DNA of 64,000 bases from an uncultured Actinomycetota bacterium. Lineage in GTDB: Bacteria; Actinomycetota; Actinomycetes; Propionibacteriales; Propionibacteriaceae. Made by a program: the position numbers and the translations under genes. Below, piece by piece: positions 1 through 10,200 of the stretch (within the stretch, counting starts at the first letter, position 1; each line of letters starts with the position of its first letter). The notes beneath the pieces are model-generated. The model saw only the letters and a program-made list of their open reading frames with translations, was not told the origin of the DNA and did no database searches. The stretch lies in the NCBI GenBank assembly GCA_963722295.1, contig CAVRLB010000001.1, positions 482,708-546,707 of the forward strand, given 5' to 3'.

Positions 1-1325
1 ACGATCTGGGCGACATGGTCCTTGCCGTACTTGCGCGTGACATAGTCGAGTACCTCGCCGCGACGACGCTCGTCGAAGTCGACATCGAAGTCGGGCAGCG
101 AGGGACGTTCCGGGTTGAGAAATCGCTCGAACAGCAGGCCATACGGCAGCGGATCGAGATCGGTGATGCCCATCGCATAGGCGATGATCGAGCCGGCGCC
201 CGAACCACGGCCCGGACCGACCCGGATGCCGTTGCGTTTGGCCCACATGATGTAATCGGCGACCACCAGGAAGTACCCGGGGTAGCCCTTCTGCAAGATG
301 ATGCCGAGCTCGTAGTCGGCACGCTCGCGGATGTGGTCGGGCAGCGGATCGCCGTAGCGCTGCCGCAGCCCGATCTCGGCATCGTGACGGAACCAGGATT
401 CCTCGGTCTGTCCCTCGGGCACCGGGAAGATCGGCATATAGGTGCCCGATCCTTCGTCGAAGCTCGTCTCGCAGCGCTCGGCGATTTCCAAGGTGTTGTC
501 ACACGCCTGGGGATAGCTGCTGAACAGCGTCCGCATCTGATCGGCGGTCTTGAGGTAATAGCCGGTGCCGTCGAACTTGAACCTGTTGGGATCGCTCATC
601 CGCGAGCCGGATGAGACGCAGAGCAGGATGTCTTGAGCCTTGGCGTCCTCGGCATGCACGTAGTGCAGGTCGTTGCTGGCGACCAGCGGGGCACCGACCT
701 TCTTCGCCAGCTTGATCAGGTCGGAGCGAACCTGGGTCTCGATCTTCAGACCGTGGTCCATCAGCTCGACAAAGAAGTTCTCTTTGCCGAAGATCGACTG
801 GAACTCGGCGGCCGAGGCAACTGCTTTGTCGAACATCCCAAGCCGCAAGTAGGTCTGCACCTCACCCGAGGGACAGCCGGTGGTGGCGATCAGGCCCTCG
901 TGGTACTCGTTGAGCAGTTCCCGGTCGGCACGCGGCTTGTAGAACTGGCCTTCCAGACTGGAGCGGGACGAGAGCCGGAAGAGGTTGTGCATGCCCTCGC
1001 GGGTCTGGCTCCAGATCGTCATGTGGGTATAGGCACCCTTGGCGGCGACATCGTCGCCGGTGCCATCGCCGAACTGGACGCGTTTGCGTTCCCAGCGTGG
1101 GGTGCCCGGGGTGAGGTAGGCCTCAAGACCGATGATCGGCTTGATCCCGTGCTTCTTGGCGGTTCGATAGAAGTCGTAGGCACCGAACATATTGCCATGG
1201 TCGGTGATCCCGATCGCGGGCATACCCTGATCTTTGGCCGCCACAATCAGGTCTTCGACGCGCGCCGCACCATCCAACATGGAGAAATCGGTGTGATTGT
1301 GCAGATGGACGAACCCCTGCGCCAT
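1..1325 (-). CDS. dnaE: DNA polymerase III alpha subunit, N-terminal ~441 codons (gene continues beyond the left edge)
   Basis: Not in the ORF track because the frame is open to position 1. Reverse complement from the ATG (complement of cat 1323-1325) reads [62 protein letters not shown], the PHP-domain N-terminus of DnaE. Plus-strand ORFs 15..614 and 633..1409 are its antisense shadows. Confidence 0.85.
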   Translation of the reverse strand, partial: MAQGFVHLHNHTDFSMLDGAARVEDLIVAAKDQGMPAIGITDHGNMFGAYDFYRTAKKHGIKPIIGLEAYLTPGTPRWERKRVQFGDGTGDDVAAKGAYTHMTIWSQTREGMHNLFRLSSRSSLEGQFYKPRADRELLNEYHEGLIATTGCPSGEVQTYLRLGMFDKAVASAAEFQSIFGKENFFVELMDHGLKIETQVRSDLIKLAKKVGAPLVASNDLHYVHAEDAKAQDILLCVSSGSRMSDPNRFKFDGTGYYLKTADQMRTLFSSYPQACDNTLEIAERCETSFDEGSGTYMPIFPVPEGQTEESWFRHDAEIGLRQRYGDPLPDHIRERADYELGIILQKGYPGYFLVVADYIMWAKRNGIRVGPGRGSGAGSIIAYAMGITDLDPLPYGLLFERFLNPERPSLPDFDVDFDERRRGEVLDYVTRKYGKDHVAQI

Positions 1326-1402
1326 GCCTATCGACCTGCCCTTCGTCGCGTGTTCTGCCTCACCTTACCCCGGCTGCACGAAGCCGGTGGTGCCCGGCCG
1401 TG

Positions 1403-1458
1403 CCGCTAACGCGACGCCGGTAGTACCGCTAACGCGACGTAGTGCGGCTAGCGCGTCG
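1403..1458. repeat. Three direct copies of a 12-14 nt motif (CCGCTAACGCGACG x2 identical, CGGCTAGCGCGTCG degenerate) upstream of dnaE
   Basis: Copies read directly at 1403-1416, 1426-1439 and 1445-1458. Function unknown. Confidence 0.5.
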
Positions 1459-1542
1459 GGGAGACCCGCGCTGCTTCCTAGCACGCCTACCCCCACTCCC
1501 GGATCGTGTAGATGTACGGCCCATCACGGGCTCGGACGCTAC

Positions 1543-2006
1543 ACACTGAACCAGCCGTCATCCCGGCCGAAAGCATCGGTGCTCGATGACGACGGCAGAC
1601 TGATGATGGCCAAGTTCCCGATGTTCGGTGACCGGATCAACAACCCGGCCTGGGAGAAGGTTGCGCTGGATCTGGCCGCACTGGCAGGCATCACGGTTCC
1701 GCGCTCGCAGCTGGTTCGCGGTAGCCACGAGGTGCTGCTGCTCGATCGTTTCGATCGTGACGGCAGCACCAGAATCCCCTATGCGACGTACCGGACGCTG
1801 CTCAACAATCGCGATGAGAGCGCACGACGGTCTCGCCGATCTCGTCGCTGCCTGCGGGCTCAGACCTGGGCAAAGTCAGGAGATTCTGCGTGAGATACAT
1901 GATGCACTCTCGCAAATCGGTGAACTGGCCGGAACTCACGGGATCGCGGAAGGTGAGATCGCCAAGATGACCTCCGCGTTGTCCACGGTGCATGCGCAAC
2001 TTCAGC
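1543..2006 (+). pseudogene. HipA-family toxin kinase remnant (two frames, internally deleted, no N-terminal domain)
   Basis: Frame of ORF 1297..1893 reads TLNQPSSRPKASVLDDDGRLMMAKFPMFGDRINNPAWEKVALDLAALAGITVPRSQLV..HEVLLLDRFDRDGSTRIPYATYRTLL, resembling the HipA core motifs (PK..V, AKFP, RFDR). Frame of ORF 1628..2176 then reads HDGLADLVAACGLRPGQSQEILREIHDALSQIGELAGTHGIAEGEI, like a HipA C-terminal tail. The catalytic-loop segment expected between the two pieces is absent. Confidence 0.55.
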
Positions 2007-2345
2007 CGAACACACCTCGTCAGCAACGCGACCAATTCGGTGGCGCTCGCAGGGGAAAGACGACACCCCGAAGCAACGCGGGGTCATTCGCCCCGCTGAC
2101 CGAGCCGCGCACTCCCGCATCAGGGGCGCCGCTATCCGAAGCCTCGCGCGAATCCGGGGATGTCGAGCGGCAATGACTCTATGTGGCCCGCTGGACGAGT
2201 CTCTGCCCGCGGACCTGAGCCGCGCGCATCTCGCGACGATTACCCGCCAGCGGATTGTGCGGGTTCACAGCCCGAGACAGGCCCGGACGCTGCACAATCC
2301 GCCGCATATTCGTGGAATCCGACGCCACCGATAGGACCTTCTGCC

Positions 2346-2669
2346 TCAGCGCAGCACGCCCTTGGCCGGATCACCCAGCGGCACGTCGTCCACCCGCGCA
2401 ACATCGGTGGGGGCGGCACGCAGGTGGGCACTGAGCTCGTTCAGCTTGTCCATCGCGGCACCGGTGGCGTGTGCATCCAGATCGGCCGCAGTGCTCCAGC
2501 GCTCGAGAACGTACACCTTCTCGGCGTTCTGATCGACCTGCAGTGCGTACAGCTCACAGCCGCTCTCCTGATGGACGAGCGGCGAGACGACCCGGAACGC
2601 CTCGACGATCTCCTGCACCTTGCCCGGCAGCGGATGGATGGTGGCGACGACATTGAACGGTTCAGCCAT
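2346..2669 (-). CDS. Antibiotic-biosynthesis-monooxygenase (ABM/YgiN-like) domain protein, 107 aa
   Basis: ORF MAEPFNVVATIHPLPGKVQEIVEAFRVVSPLVHQESGCELYALQVDQNAEKVYVLERWSTAADLDAHA has the size and pattern typical of the ferredoxin-fold ABM family. GC-rich third codon positions. Confidence 0.7.
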   Translation of the reverse strand: MAEPFNVVATIHPLPGKVQEIVEAFRVVSPLVHQESGCELYALQVDQNAEKVYVLERWSTAADLDAHATGAAMDKLNELSAHLRAAPTDVARVDDVPLGDPAKGVLR

Positions 2670-2713
2670 AAGAATGCTCCCTTGCGTTGACGATTCGTGC
2701 CGACGGTCAAAGA

Positions 2714-3269
2714 CTAGACGCTGCCACCGACAGCCGGCGCGCGGCCGGCCGCGATACTCGACAGCAAAGTCAGCACGAAGGCCAGGCCCACCCCGGTGAC
2801 CACAGCGAGCACGAAACCTACCGCATTGGTCGAGACGAACGGCGCAACGAAGGTCGGCAAATAGGCCGTGGCCTGGCGGTCGTCACCGGCCAGCCCCAGG
2901 CCAGCGTTCGGCGCATCAGATGGTAGACCCCGATACCGGCCAGGACGCCCCGACCAGGCCACCGATCACCCCGCCATTGACGGACAAGATGCCCGCGACC
3001 GCACCCGCAACGGCACCGACTTCGTCCATGCCCGAAACCTTGCGCGCCGGGAGGGTCCTAAGCAAAGCCGCAGGTTCGTCGCCTCCTTGCGAACGAAGGT
3101 TGCCGCCGCTGCTGCCGATGATTGCGATGCTCCGTTTGCCCGAATCCATGGCTCTCATCTCAACGCCCAGCGAGAACAGTGCCGTACTGGAAGCCGAGCC
3201 CATGCCATGCCCGGCAGATGGCCGAGCGCCGTGGATTCTATAGGTCTCATCGTCTAGCGTTATCCGCAT
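2714..3269 (-). pseudogene. Possible frameshifted gene for a Gly/Ala/Val-rich membrane protein (two overlapping reading frames)
   Basis: ORF 2916..3395 (usable part from M at 3158 or 3269: MRAMDSGKRSIAIIGSSGGNL...GAVAGAVAGILSVNGGVIGGLVGASWPVSGSTI*) and ORF 2714..2962 (...GLAGDDRQATAYLPTFVAPFVSTNAVGFVLAVVTGVGLAFVLTLLSSIAAGR) both show coding-like GC3. They overlap by 47 nt in frames offset by +1. Family not recognised. Confidence 0.3.
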
Positions 3270-4233
3270 GTTGGCAGTCAGCGCAGTGTCATTCTCGTCC
3301 CTCGATCCCCTGAGCGGCCTGCAGGTCGATGAGCGCCCCGAGCCGGAACCCCAACCGGGCTGGAGCACCATCACAATGCGGGCCAGCACCCTCAACCATC
3401 ACGATCTTTGGTCGCTCAAGGGCGTCGGTCTGCGCGAGGAGCAACTACCCCGGATCCTCGGCTGCGATGGCGCAGGCGTCGATGACGACGGCAACGAGGT
3501 CATCATTCATTCCGTGCTGACCAGCCCCGGGTGGAAGGGTCCCGATCCCCTCGACCCACGGCGCACGATGCTCTCCGAAGGCCTCGACGGCACCTTCGCG
3601 ACCAAGGTGCTCGTCCCCGCCCAGAACCTGGTGCCGAAGCCGGCCGAGATGAGCTGGAGCACTGCGGCGGTCTGCTCGATGACGATGCTGACCGCATACC
3701 GGATGCTGTTCACCCAGGCGGGGCTGCGACCCGGCGATCTGGTGCTGATCCAAGGTGCCGGCGGCGGCGTCAATTCGGCCTCGATCCAGCTGGCCTCGGC
3801 CGCCGGAATCCGGGTTTGGGTCACCAGCCGCGACGAGGATCGCCGGATGCGGGCCTTGGACCTGGGCGCGGAGCAGGTCTTCACCTCCGGCGCCCGGTTA
3901 CCGGAGAAGGTGGACGCGGTCATCGACAACGTCGGATCGGCAACCTGGAGCCATTCGATCAACGTGCTGCGTGCCGGCGGCACCTTGGTCACCTGCGGCG
4001 CCACCACCGGTGATCCCGCCAAGGCCGAGCTGACGAAGATCTTCTTCCGCGAGTTGCGCATCCAGGGTTCCACGGCGGGCACCATCGATGAGCTGCGTGA
4101 CCTGGTCAGCTTCGTGCAGACCGCCGGTGTCCAGCCTGTTATCGACGCCGAACTGCCGCTCGCCCAGGCCCGCCGAGGATTTGCTCGGATGGAAGCGGGC
4201 GATCTCTTCGGCAAGATCGTTTTCAATCACTGA
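3268..4233 (+). CDS. Zinc-type alcohol dehydrogenase / NADPH:quinone oxidoreductase family (MDR) protein, 321 aa
   Basis: MDR pattern: STLNHHDLWSLKG...LGCDGAGV, nucleotide-binding LIQGAGGGVNSASIQLA, C-terminal GKIVFNH. Confidence 0.8.
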   Translation: MLAVSAVSFSSLDPLSGLQVDERPEPEPQPGWSTITMRASTLNHHDLWSLKGVGLREEQLPRILGCDGAGVDDDGNEVIIHSVLTSPGWKGPDPLDPRRTMLSEGLDGTFATKVLVPAQNLVPKPAEMSWSTAAVCSMTMLTAYRMLFTQAGLRPGDLVLIQGAGGGVNSASIQLASAAGIRVWVTSRDEDRRMRALDLGAEQVFTSGARLPEKVDAVIDNVGSATWSHSINVLRAGGTLVTCGATTGDPAKAELTKIFFRELRIQGSTAGTIDELRDLVSFVQTAGVQPVIDAELPLAQARRGFARMEAGDLFGKIVFNH

Positions 4234-4243
4234 CAGGAGAGCC

Positions 4244-5560
4244 ATGGCCATCATCACGTCTGCCCAGACTATCGATATCCGCTTCCCGACCTCGCTCGAC
4301 GCCGACGGCTCGGACGCGATGAATCCCGATGCTGATTACTCGGCCGCCTACGTCGTGCTGCACACCGACGGCACCGATGCGGCCGGACATCCATTGATCG
4401 GATACGGCATCACCTTCACCATCGGCCGCGGCAATGACATCGTCTGCATGGCCGCCGAGGAGTTCGCGAACCGGCTGATCGGCAGGGATGTCGATGAGAT
4501 GGCGGCCGACATGGGCAGCTGCTATCTCAGCCTGTGCGCCGACTCCCAGATGCGCTGGTTGGGACCTGAGAAGGGCGTCGTCCATCTCGCGCTGTCGGCC
4601 GTGATGAATGCGGCCTGGGACATGGCCGGGCGACTGGCCGGCAAGCCGGTCTGGAGACTGCTAGCCGAGATGACGCCGGAGCAATTGGTCGACGTCGCCG
4701 ACCTGCGCTATCTGGGCGATGTACTGACGCGCGAGCGGGCACTCGAGATCCTGCGCAAGGCCGAGCCAGGCAAACGCGAGCGGATCGCCGACCTGGAAGC
4801 AGGCGGCTACCCGGCGTACACCACCGCTGCCGGCTGGCTCGGCTACTCGGACGCCAAGATGCTGCGCATCATCTCCGAGCAAGAGGAGCTGGGCTTCACC
4901 GCGGTCAAGCTCAAAGTGGGCGCCAACCTGGACGACGACATCCGCCGCTGCCGCAAGGCCCGCGAGGCGATCGGCCCGGATCGGCCGCTGATGATCGACG
5001 CGAACCAGATGTGGGACGTGCCGACTGCCATCGAATGGGTCAACGCGCTGAAGGAGTTCAACCTGCGCTGGATCGAGGAGCCGACCAGTCCGGACGATAT
5101 CCTCGGACATCGCAAGATACGCGAGGGCATTGCACCGATCGGCGTCGCCACCGGGGAGCATTGCCACAACCGGGTGATGTTCAAGCAGTTCCTCGAAGCC
5201 TGCGCCATGGACTATTGCCAGATCGATGCCGGACGGCTGGCCTCGCTCAACGAGATCCTGGCCGTGCTGCTACTGGCCGCGCACTTCGAGGTGCCGGTTT
5301 GCCCGCATGCCGGCGGCGTCGGGTTGTGCGAGATGGTGCACCACGCGTCAATGCTCGACTACGTCGCGGTCTCCGGTAGCCACGAGGGTCGCATCACCGA
5401 GTACGTCGACAACCTGCACGAGCATTTCGTAAACCCGGTCCGGGTTGCCAATGGCTGCTACCAGGTGACCGGCGATCCCGGGTACAACACCGAGATGACT
5501 CAGGCCGCCGTCGATGAATTCAGTTTCCCGGACGGCAGCTACTGGGCATCGGTGCGCTGA
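4244..5560 (+). CDS. fucD: L-fuconate dehydratase (enolase superfamily, mandelate racemase subgroup), 438 aa
   Basis: From ATG 4244 (SD AGGAGA at 4235-4240): MAIITSAQTIDIRFPTSLDADGSDAMNPDADYSAAYVVL...LRWLGPEKGV...KLKVGANLDDDIRRC...IEEPTSPDD..GH...TGEH...PHAGGVGLCE. This follows my memory of Xanthomonas FucD closely. The listed ORF start at 4088 overlaps the upstream gene and is rejected. Confidence 0.8.
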   Translation: MAIITSAQTIDIRFPTSLDADGSDAMNPDADYSAAYVVLHTDGTDAAGHPLIGYGITFTIGRGNDIVCMAAEEFANRLIGRDVDEMAADMGSCYLSLCADSQMRWLGPEKGVVHLALSAVMNAAWDMAGRLAGKPVWRLLAEMTPEQLVDVADLRYLGDVLTRERALEILRKAEPGKRERIADLEAGGYPAYTTAAGWLGYSDAKMLRIISEQEELGFTAVKLKVGANLDDDIRRCRKAREAIGPDRPLMIDANQMWDVPTAIEWVNALKEFNLRWIEEPTSPDDILGHRKIREGIAPIGVATGEHCHNRVMFKQFLEACAMDYCQIDAGRLASLNEILAVLLLAAHFEVPVCPHAGGVGLCEMVHHASMLDYVAVSGSHEGRITEYVDNLHEHFVNPVRVANGCYQVTGDPGYNTEMTQAAVDEFSFPDGSYWASVR

Positions 5561-5606
5561 ACCGGGCGGGGGCCTCCCGCGCATGGAAGCTGAGGACCAG
5601 GTGAAG

Positions 5607-5655
5607 TCGGTTGCCGGGAAGCGATCCTATTGGTTCGGATCGCGTCGGCAACCGA
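5607..5655. repeat. 49-bp palindromic (hairpin-forming) element, copy 1
   Basis: TCGGTTGCCGGGAAGCGATCCTATTGGTTCGGATCGCGTCGGCAACCGA has internal arms GGTTGCCG/CGGCAACC and GCGATCC/GGATCGC. It starts 46 nt after the fucD stop. Identical copy at 5738-5786. Confidence 0.9.
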
Positions 5656-5737
5656 CCTTCCTGGGCCAACCGATGTCGCAGACGCGTGAGCGCAACAATG
5701 CATGCCGGGTGATTCTCTGGCTCAGGTCCGGGTGGTC

Positions 5738-5786
5738 TCGGTTGCCGGGAAGCGATCCTATTGGTTCGGATCGCGTCGGCAACCGA
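5738..5786. repeat. 49-bp palindromic element, copy 2 (identical, direct orientation)
   Basis: Same 49 nt as 5607-5655, ending 42 nt from the gltD stop (5829). Possible T-tract-less terminators for the two convergent genes. Confidence 0.9.
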
Positions 5787-5828
5787 TCTCCCGGACCGAC
5801 CGAGTCGACCAGGCGTGCTCAATGACAC

Positions 5829-7292
5829 CTATGCCAGCACCTGGCGATCGCTCGGATTGATCGGACGAGGCAGGATGCTGTCCTCACCGCTCAGGAAGGC
5901 GTCCACGCCGTTGGCGCAGGATCGTCCCTCGGCGATCGCCCAGACGATCAGCGACTGGCCGCGTCCGGCATCTCCGCAGGCGAAGACACCCGGCACACTG
6001 GTCTGGTAGTGGTCGTCGCGAGAGATGTTGCCGCGCTCGTCCAAGTCAACACCCAGCTGCGACACCACCCCGTCGGCTTCCGGGCCGAGGAAGCCCATCG
6101 CAAGCAGCACCAGCTGCGCGGGGATGACCTTCTCAGTGCCCTCGACCGGTGCGAACCTGGTCCCGGGCCCGCCGACCTCCACGATCCGCAGCCCGGCGAC
6201 CTGGCCGTTCTCGCCGCTGAACTCGGTGGTGTTCACCGCGTACATTCGCTCGCCACCCTCCTCGTTGGCCGAGGCCACCCGGTAGATCATCGGGTAGGTG
6301 GGCCACGGTTGCGAGTCCGGACGATCGGCCGGCGGAAGCGGCATGATCTCCAACTGGGTCACCGACCGGGCGCCCTGTCGCAGCGCGGTGCCGAGACAGT
6401 CGTTCGACGTGTCGCCACCGCCGATGACGATGACATCCTTGCCCTCAGCGGTGATCTGGTCGGGCACCTCGCTCTTCAACGCCTTGGTGGCCTGAGTGAG
6501 GAAGTCCATCGCCTGATGAATGCCGCCAAGTTCACGGCCTGGCACGTTCAAATCGCGCGGCCGCGTCGAGCCGATGGCCAGCACCACCGCGTCGAAGCGT
6601 TCCAGCAACTGCTCGCCGGTGATGTCGCTGCCGACCTTGGTGGACGGCTTGAAGGTGGTTCCTTCCAGCACCATCTGCTTCAGCCGCCGGTCGAGGACCG
6701 ACTTCTCCATCTTGAAGTTCGGGATGCCGTAGCGCAGCAGACCACCGATAGCGTCCGCCCGCTCGTAGACGACCACGGTGTGACCGGCGCGGGTCAACTG
6801 CTGAGCGACCGCCAGCCCGGAGGGCCCCGAGCCGATCACGGCGACCGTCTTCAGGGTGTGCCAGTCCGGCACCTGCGGGGTGACCCGCCGGTCGGCCCAG
6901 CCCTTGTCGATCAGCGCGACCTCGACATTCTTGATGGTCACCGGATCCCGGTTGATGCCCTCCACGCACGCCGTCTCGCAAGGCGCCGGGCACAGCCGTC
7001 CGGTGAACTCCGGGAAGTTGTTCGTGGCGTGCAGCCGCTCCAACCCGTCCTGCCATTCGTCGCGCCAGAGCAGGTCGTTCCACTCCGGAATGAGGTTCCC
7101 GAGCGGACAGCCGTTGTGGCAGAACGGAATGCCACAGTCCATGCAACGGCCGGCCTGCTTGACGATCAGCGGCAGTAGGGCGAGGCCGGGGGTACCCGGG
7201 TAGACCTCGTTCCAGTCCTCCAGGCGCTCGGCCACGGGACGCCGTTCAGCGACCTGGCGGGGCGTGGTCATGAATCCGGTCGGGTCAGCCAC
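5829..7292 (-). CDS. gltD: Glutamate synthase (NADPH) small subunit, 487 aa
   Basis: Fe-S Cys region [17 protein letters not shown], Rossmann GSGPSGLA and [10 protein letters not shown]. 8-nt overlap with the gltB stop. Confidence 0.95.
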   Translation of the reverse strand: MADPTGFMTTPRQVAERRPVAERLEDWNEVYPGTPGLALLPLIVKQAGRCMDCGIPFCHNGCPLGNLIPEWNDLLWRDEWQDGLERLHATNNFPEFTGRLCPAPCETACVEGINRDPVTIKNVEVALIDKGWADRRVTPQVPDWHTLKTVAVIGSGPSGLAVAQQLTRAGHTVVVYERADAIGGLLRYGIPNFKMEKSVLDRRLKQMVLEGTTFKPSTKVGSDITGEQLLERFDAVVLAIGSTRPRDLNVPGRELGGIHQAMDFLTQATKALKSEVPDQITAEGKDVIVIGGGDTSNDCLGTALRQGARSVTQLEIMPLPPADRPDSQPWPTYPMIYRVASANEEGGERMYAVNTTEFSGENGQVAGLRIVEVGGPGTRFAPVEGTEKVIPAQLVLLAMGFLGPEADGVVSQLGVDLDERGNISRDDHYQTSVPGVFACGDAGRGQSLIVWAIAEGRSCANGVDAFLSGEDSILPRPINPSDRQVLA

Positions 7293-10200
7293 GAGCAGCC
7301 TCCATCATGCGTTCGGTCACTTCTGTTTGGGGAAGGCCGTTGGCTTTCGCCTCGGCCTGTGCGCGCACCACCCGCGCGAAGTCTCGCGGTTCGAGCTTGG
7401 TGAAGCGCGCCGCCAGTACCCCACGAGATTCGCCGAGAAGCTCGGCCGCCCGCGTCGACCCGGTCACCTCGTGATGACGGCGGAGCAATTCGACGACTCG
7501 ATTCAGATCGGCATCGGCGAGCGGCACCGGATCGACGTACTCGGTGTTCAGCACCTCCGGACGCATGTCGAGGACCCACGCGATACCGCCCGACATGCCG
7601 GCCGCCAGGTTGCGTCCGGTCGGGCCGATGATCAATGCCTCACCGCCGGTCATGTACTCGCAACCGTGATCCCCGACGCCTTCGACGACAGCGGTCGCCC
7701 CGGAGTTACGGACGCAGAACCGCTCCCCCACGATACCGTTCAGCAAGATCTCGCCCGAGGTGGCGCCATAGCCGATGACATTGCCCGCGATGATCTGAGT
7801 CGCCGCCTCGAATCCGGACGCAGGGTCGAGCCGCGCCGCGATATGCCCGCCCGACAGCCCCTTGCCCAGATAGTCATTGGCGTCGCCGGTCAGCAGCAGG
7901 CTGATCCCCTTCGGCAGGAATGCCCCGAAGCTTTGACCCGCGGTGCCGACGAACTCGAAGCGGATCGTGTCGTCCGGCAGCCCCTTGCCCTGCGTCGCCA
8001 TCGTGACCTCGTGGCCGAGGATGGTGCCGACCGTGCGGTGGGTATTGCGGATCGGCAGGATCCCCACCACCGGCTCACCATCGGTGAGGGCCGGACGAGC
8101 GATCTCGATCATCTCGACATCCAGCGCCTGATCGAGTTCGTGATCCTGCACGGTGACCTGGTGACGCGGAGCGTCCGCAGGCACGTCGACCTGGTGGAGC
8201 ACGGGGGTCAGATCCAGGCCCTGTGCCTTGTAGTGATCCACCGCCTTGCGGGTCGCCAGCCTGTCGACGCGTCCGACCGCCTCTTCGAGCGTGCGGAAGC
8301 CCAGCATTGCCAGGTATTCGCGTACCTCCTGGGCGATGAACTCCATGAAGTTGATCACGTACTCGGGTTTGCCGGCGAACTTCGCCCGCAGCTCGGGATT
8401 TTGGGTCGCGACGCCGACCGGGCAGGTGTCGAGATGGCAGACCCGCATCAGGATGCAGCCGCTGGTGACCAAGGCGGTCGTCGCGAACCCGAACTCCTCG
8501 GCGCCCAGCAGCGCAGCGATGATGACGTCGCGTCCGGTCTTCAGCTGGCCGTCGCACTGCACCACGATCCGATCGCGCAGCCCGTTGAGCAGCAGCGTCT
8601 GCTGGGTCTCGGCCAGGCCGAGTTCCCAGGGGCCGCCGGCATGCTTGATCGAGGTCAGCGGCGCGGCACCGGTACCACCGTCGTGGCCGGAAATCAGCAC
8701 CACGTCGGCCTTCGCCTTGCTGACACCTGCCGCCACCGTCCCGACGCCGATCTCCGAGACCAGCTTGACATGCACCCGGGACGAAGGATTCGCGCACTTC
8801 AGATCGTGGATCAACTGCTTGAGATCCTCGATCGAATAGATGTCGTGATGCGGCGGCGGGCTGATCAGGCCGATGCCGGGGGTCGAATGCCGGGTGCGGG
8901 CGATCCACGGGTAGACCTTCGGGCCGGGCAGCTGGCCGCCCTCCCCCGGCTTCGCCCCCTGCGCCATCTTGATCTGCAGGTCGCTGGCGTAGCTGAGGTA
9001 TTCCGAGGTCACGCCGAAGCGCCCCGAAGCCACCTGCTTGATGGCCGAGCAACGCTCCGGATCGTGCAGCCGCTCCGGATCCTCGCCCCCTTCGCCGGTG
9101 TTCGACCGGGCACCCAGCCGGTTCATCGCGATCGCCAGCGTTTCGTGCGCCTCCTGGCTGATCGAGCCGTAGCTCATCGCGCCGGTGCTGAACCGCTTGA
9201 CGATCTGGGAAACCGGCTCTACCTCGTCGATGTCGATGGGCCGGCTGGCCGGCTTGAGATCCAGCAGCGCGCGCAACGTCATCAGCCGCGACGAACGATC
9301 GTCCACACGCGCTGTGTAGCGCTTGAAGACGTCGTAGCGTCCGGTACGGGTGGCGTACTGGAGCCGGAAGACGCTCTCAGGGTCGAACAGGTGCTCTTCA
9401 CCCTCGCGACGCCACTTGTATTGTCCGCCGGTGATCAGCGTCCGGTGCGGCAGCGCATTGGTCGCCGGGTACGCATTGCGATGATGCTCGGCGATGTCGT
9501 GAGCGATCTCGTCCAGGCCGATACCCTCAACCCGCGAACTGGTGCCGGGGAAGAACTCGGCCATGAACTCGCTGCTCAAACCGACCGCTTCGAAGATCTC
9601 GGCCCCTCCGTAGGACGCCATCGTGGACACGCCCATCTTGCTCATCACCTTAAGCAGGCCGTGTTCCAGTGCGCTGATCACGTTCTTGATGGCCTGCTCG
9701 GGCGAGACGGTCACCAGTAGTTCGCGGCGCGCGAGATCCTCGGCGCTCTCGAACAGCAGATACGGGTTGACCGCGGCAGCGCCGTAGCCCACCAGCAGAG
9801 CCATGTGATGTACCTCGCGCACATCGCCGGCCTCGACGATCATGCCGATATTGGCGCGCTTCTTCAGCCGCACCAGGTGATGGTGCATGTTCGCCGTCGA
9901 CAGCAGCGACGGGATCGGCGCCCTCGAATCGTTCGAATGCCGGTCGCTGAGCACGATGTACAGCGCCCCGTCGTCGACTGCCGCGGTGATCTCATCGCGC
10001 ATCTCGGCCAACCGATCGCGCAGCGCCTGCGGGCCGCCCGCGGCCTCGTAGTAGCAACTGATCACGCGGGTCAAACCGTTCGGGTTGTCGGCGCGCTCTC
10101 CCAGATGGACGATCTTCGACAGTTGCTCCGAGTCGATCACCGGCGACCCGATCACCAATTGGTTGGCCGATTCGGGGCCGGGCTCCAGCAGGTTGCCCTG

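Noticed and set aside
15-1409. Plus-strand ORFs 15..614 (199 aa) and 633..1409 (258 aa)
   Set aside because: They lie antisense to an open minus-strand frame with an unmistakable DnaE PHP-domain N-terminus. Their translations are the Arg/Gly/Val/Asp-rich low-information type typical of shadow ORFs in high-GC DNA.
5514-5828. ORFs 5514..5825 (+) and 5520..5828 (-) in the fucD-gltD gap
   Set aside because: They span the duplicated palindromic elements, so each would contain the same 49 nt twice. There is no SD or family signal, and the region is better explained as non-coding repeats.
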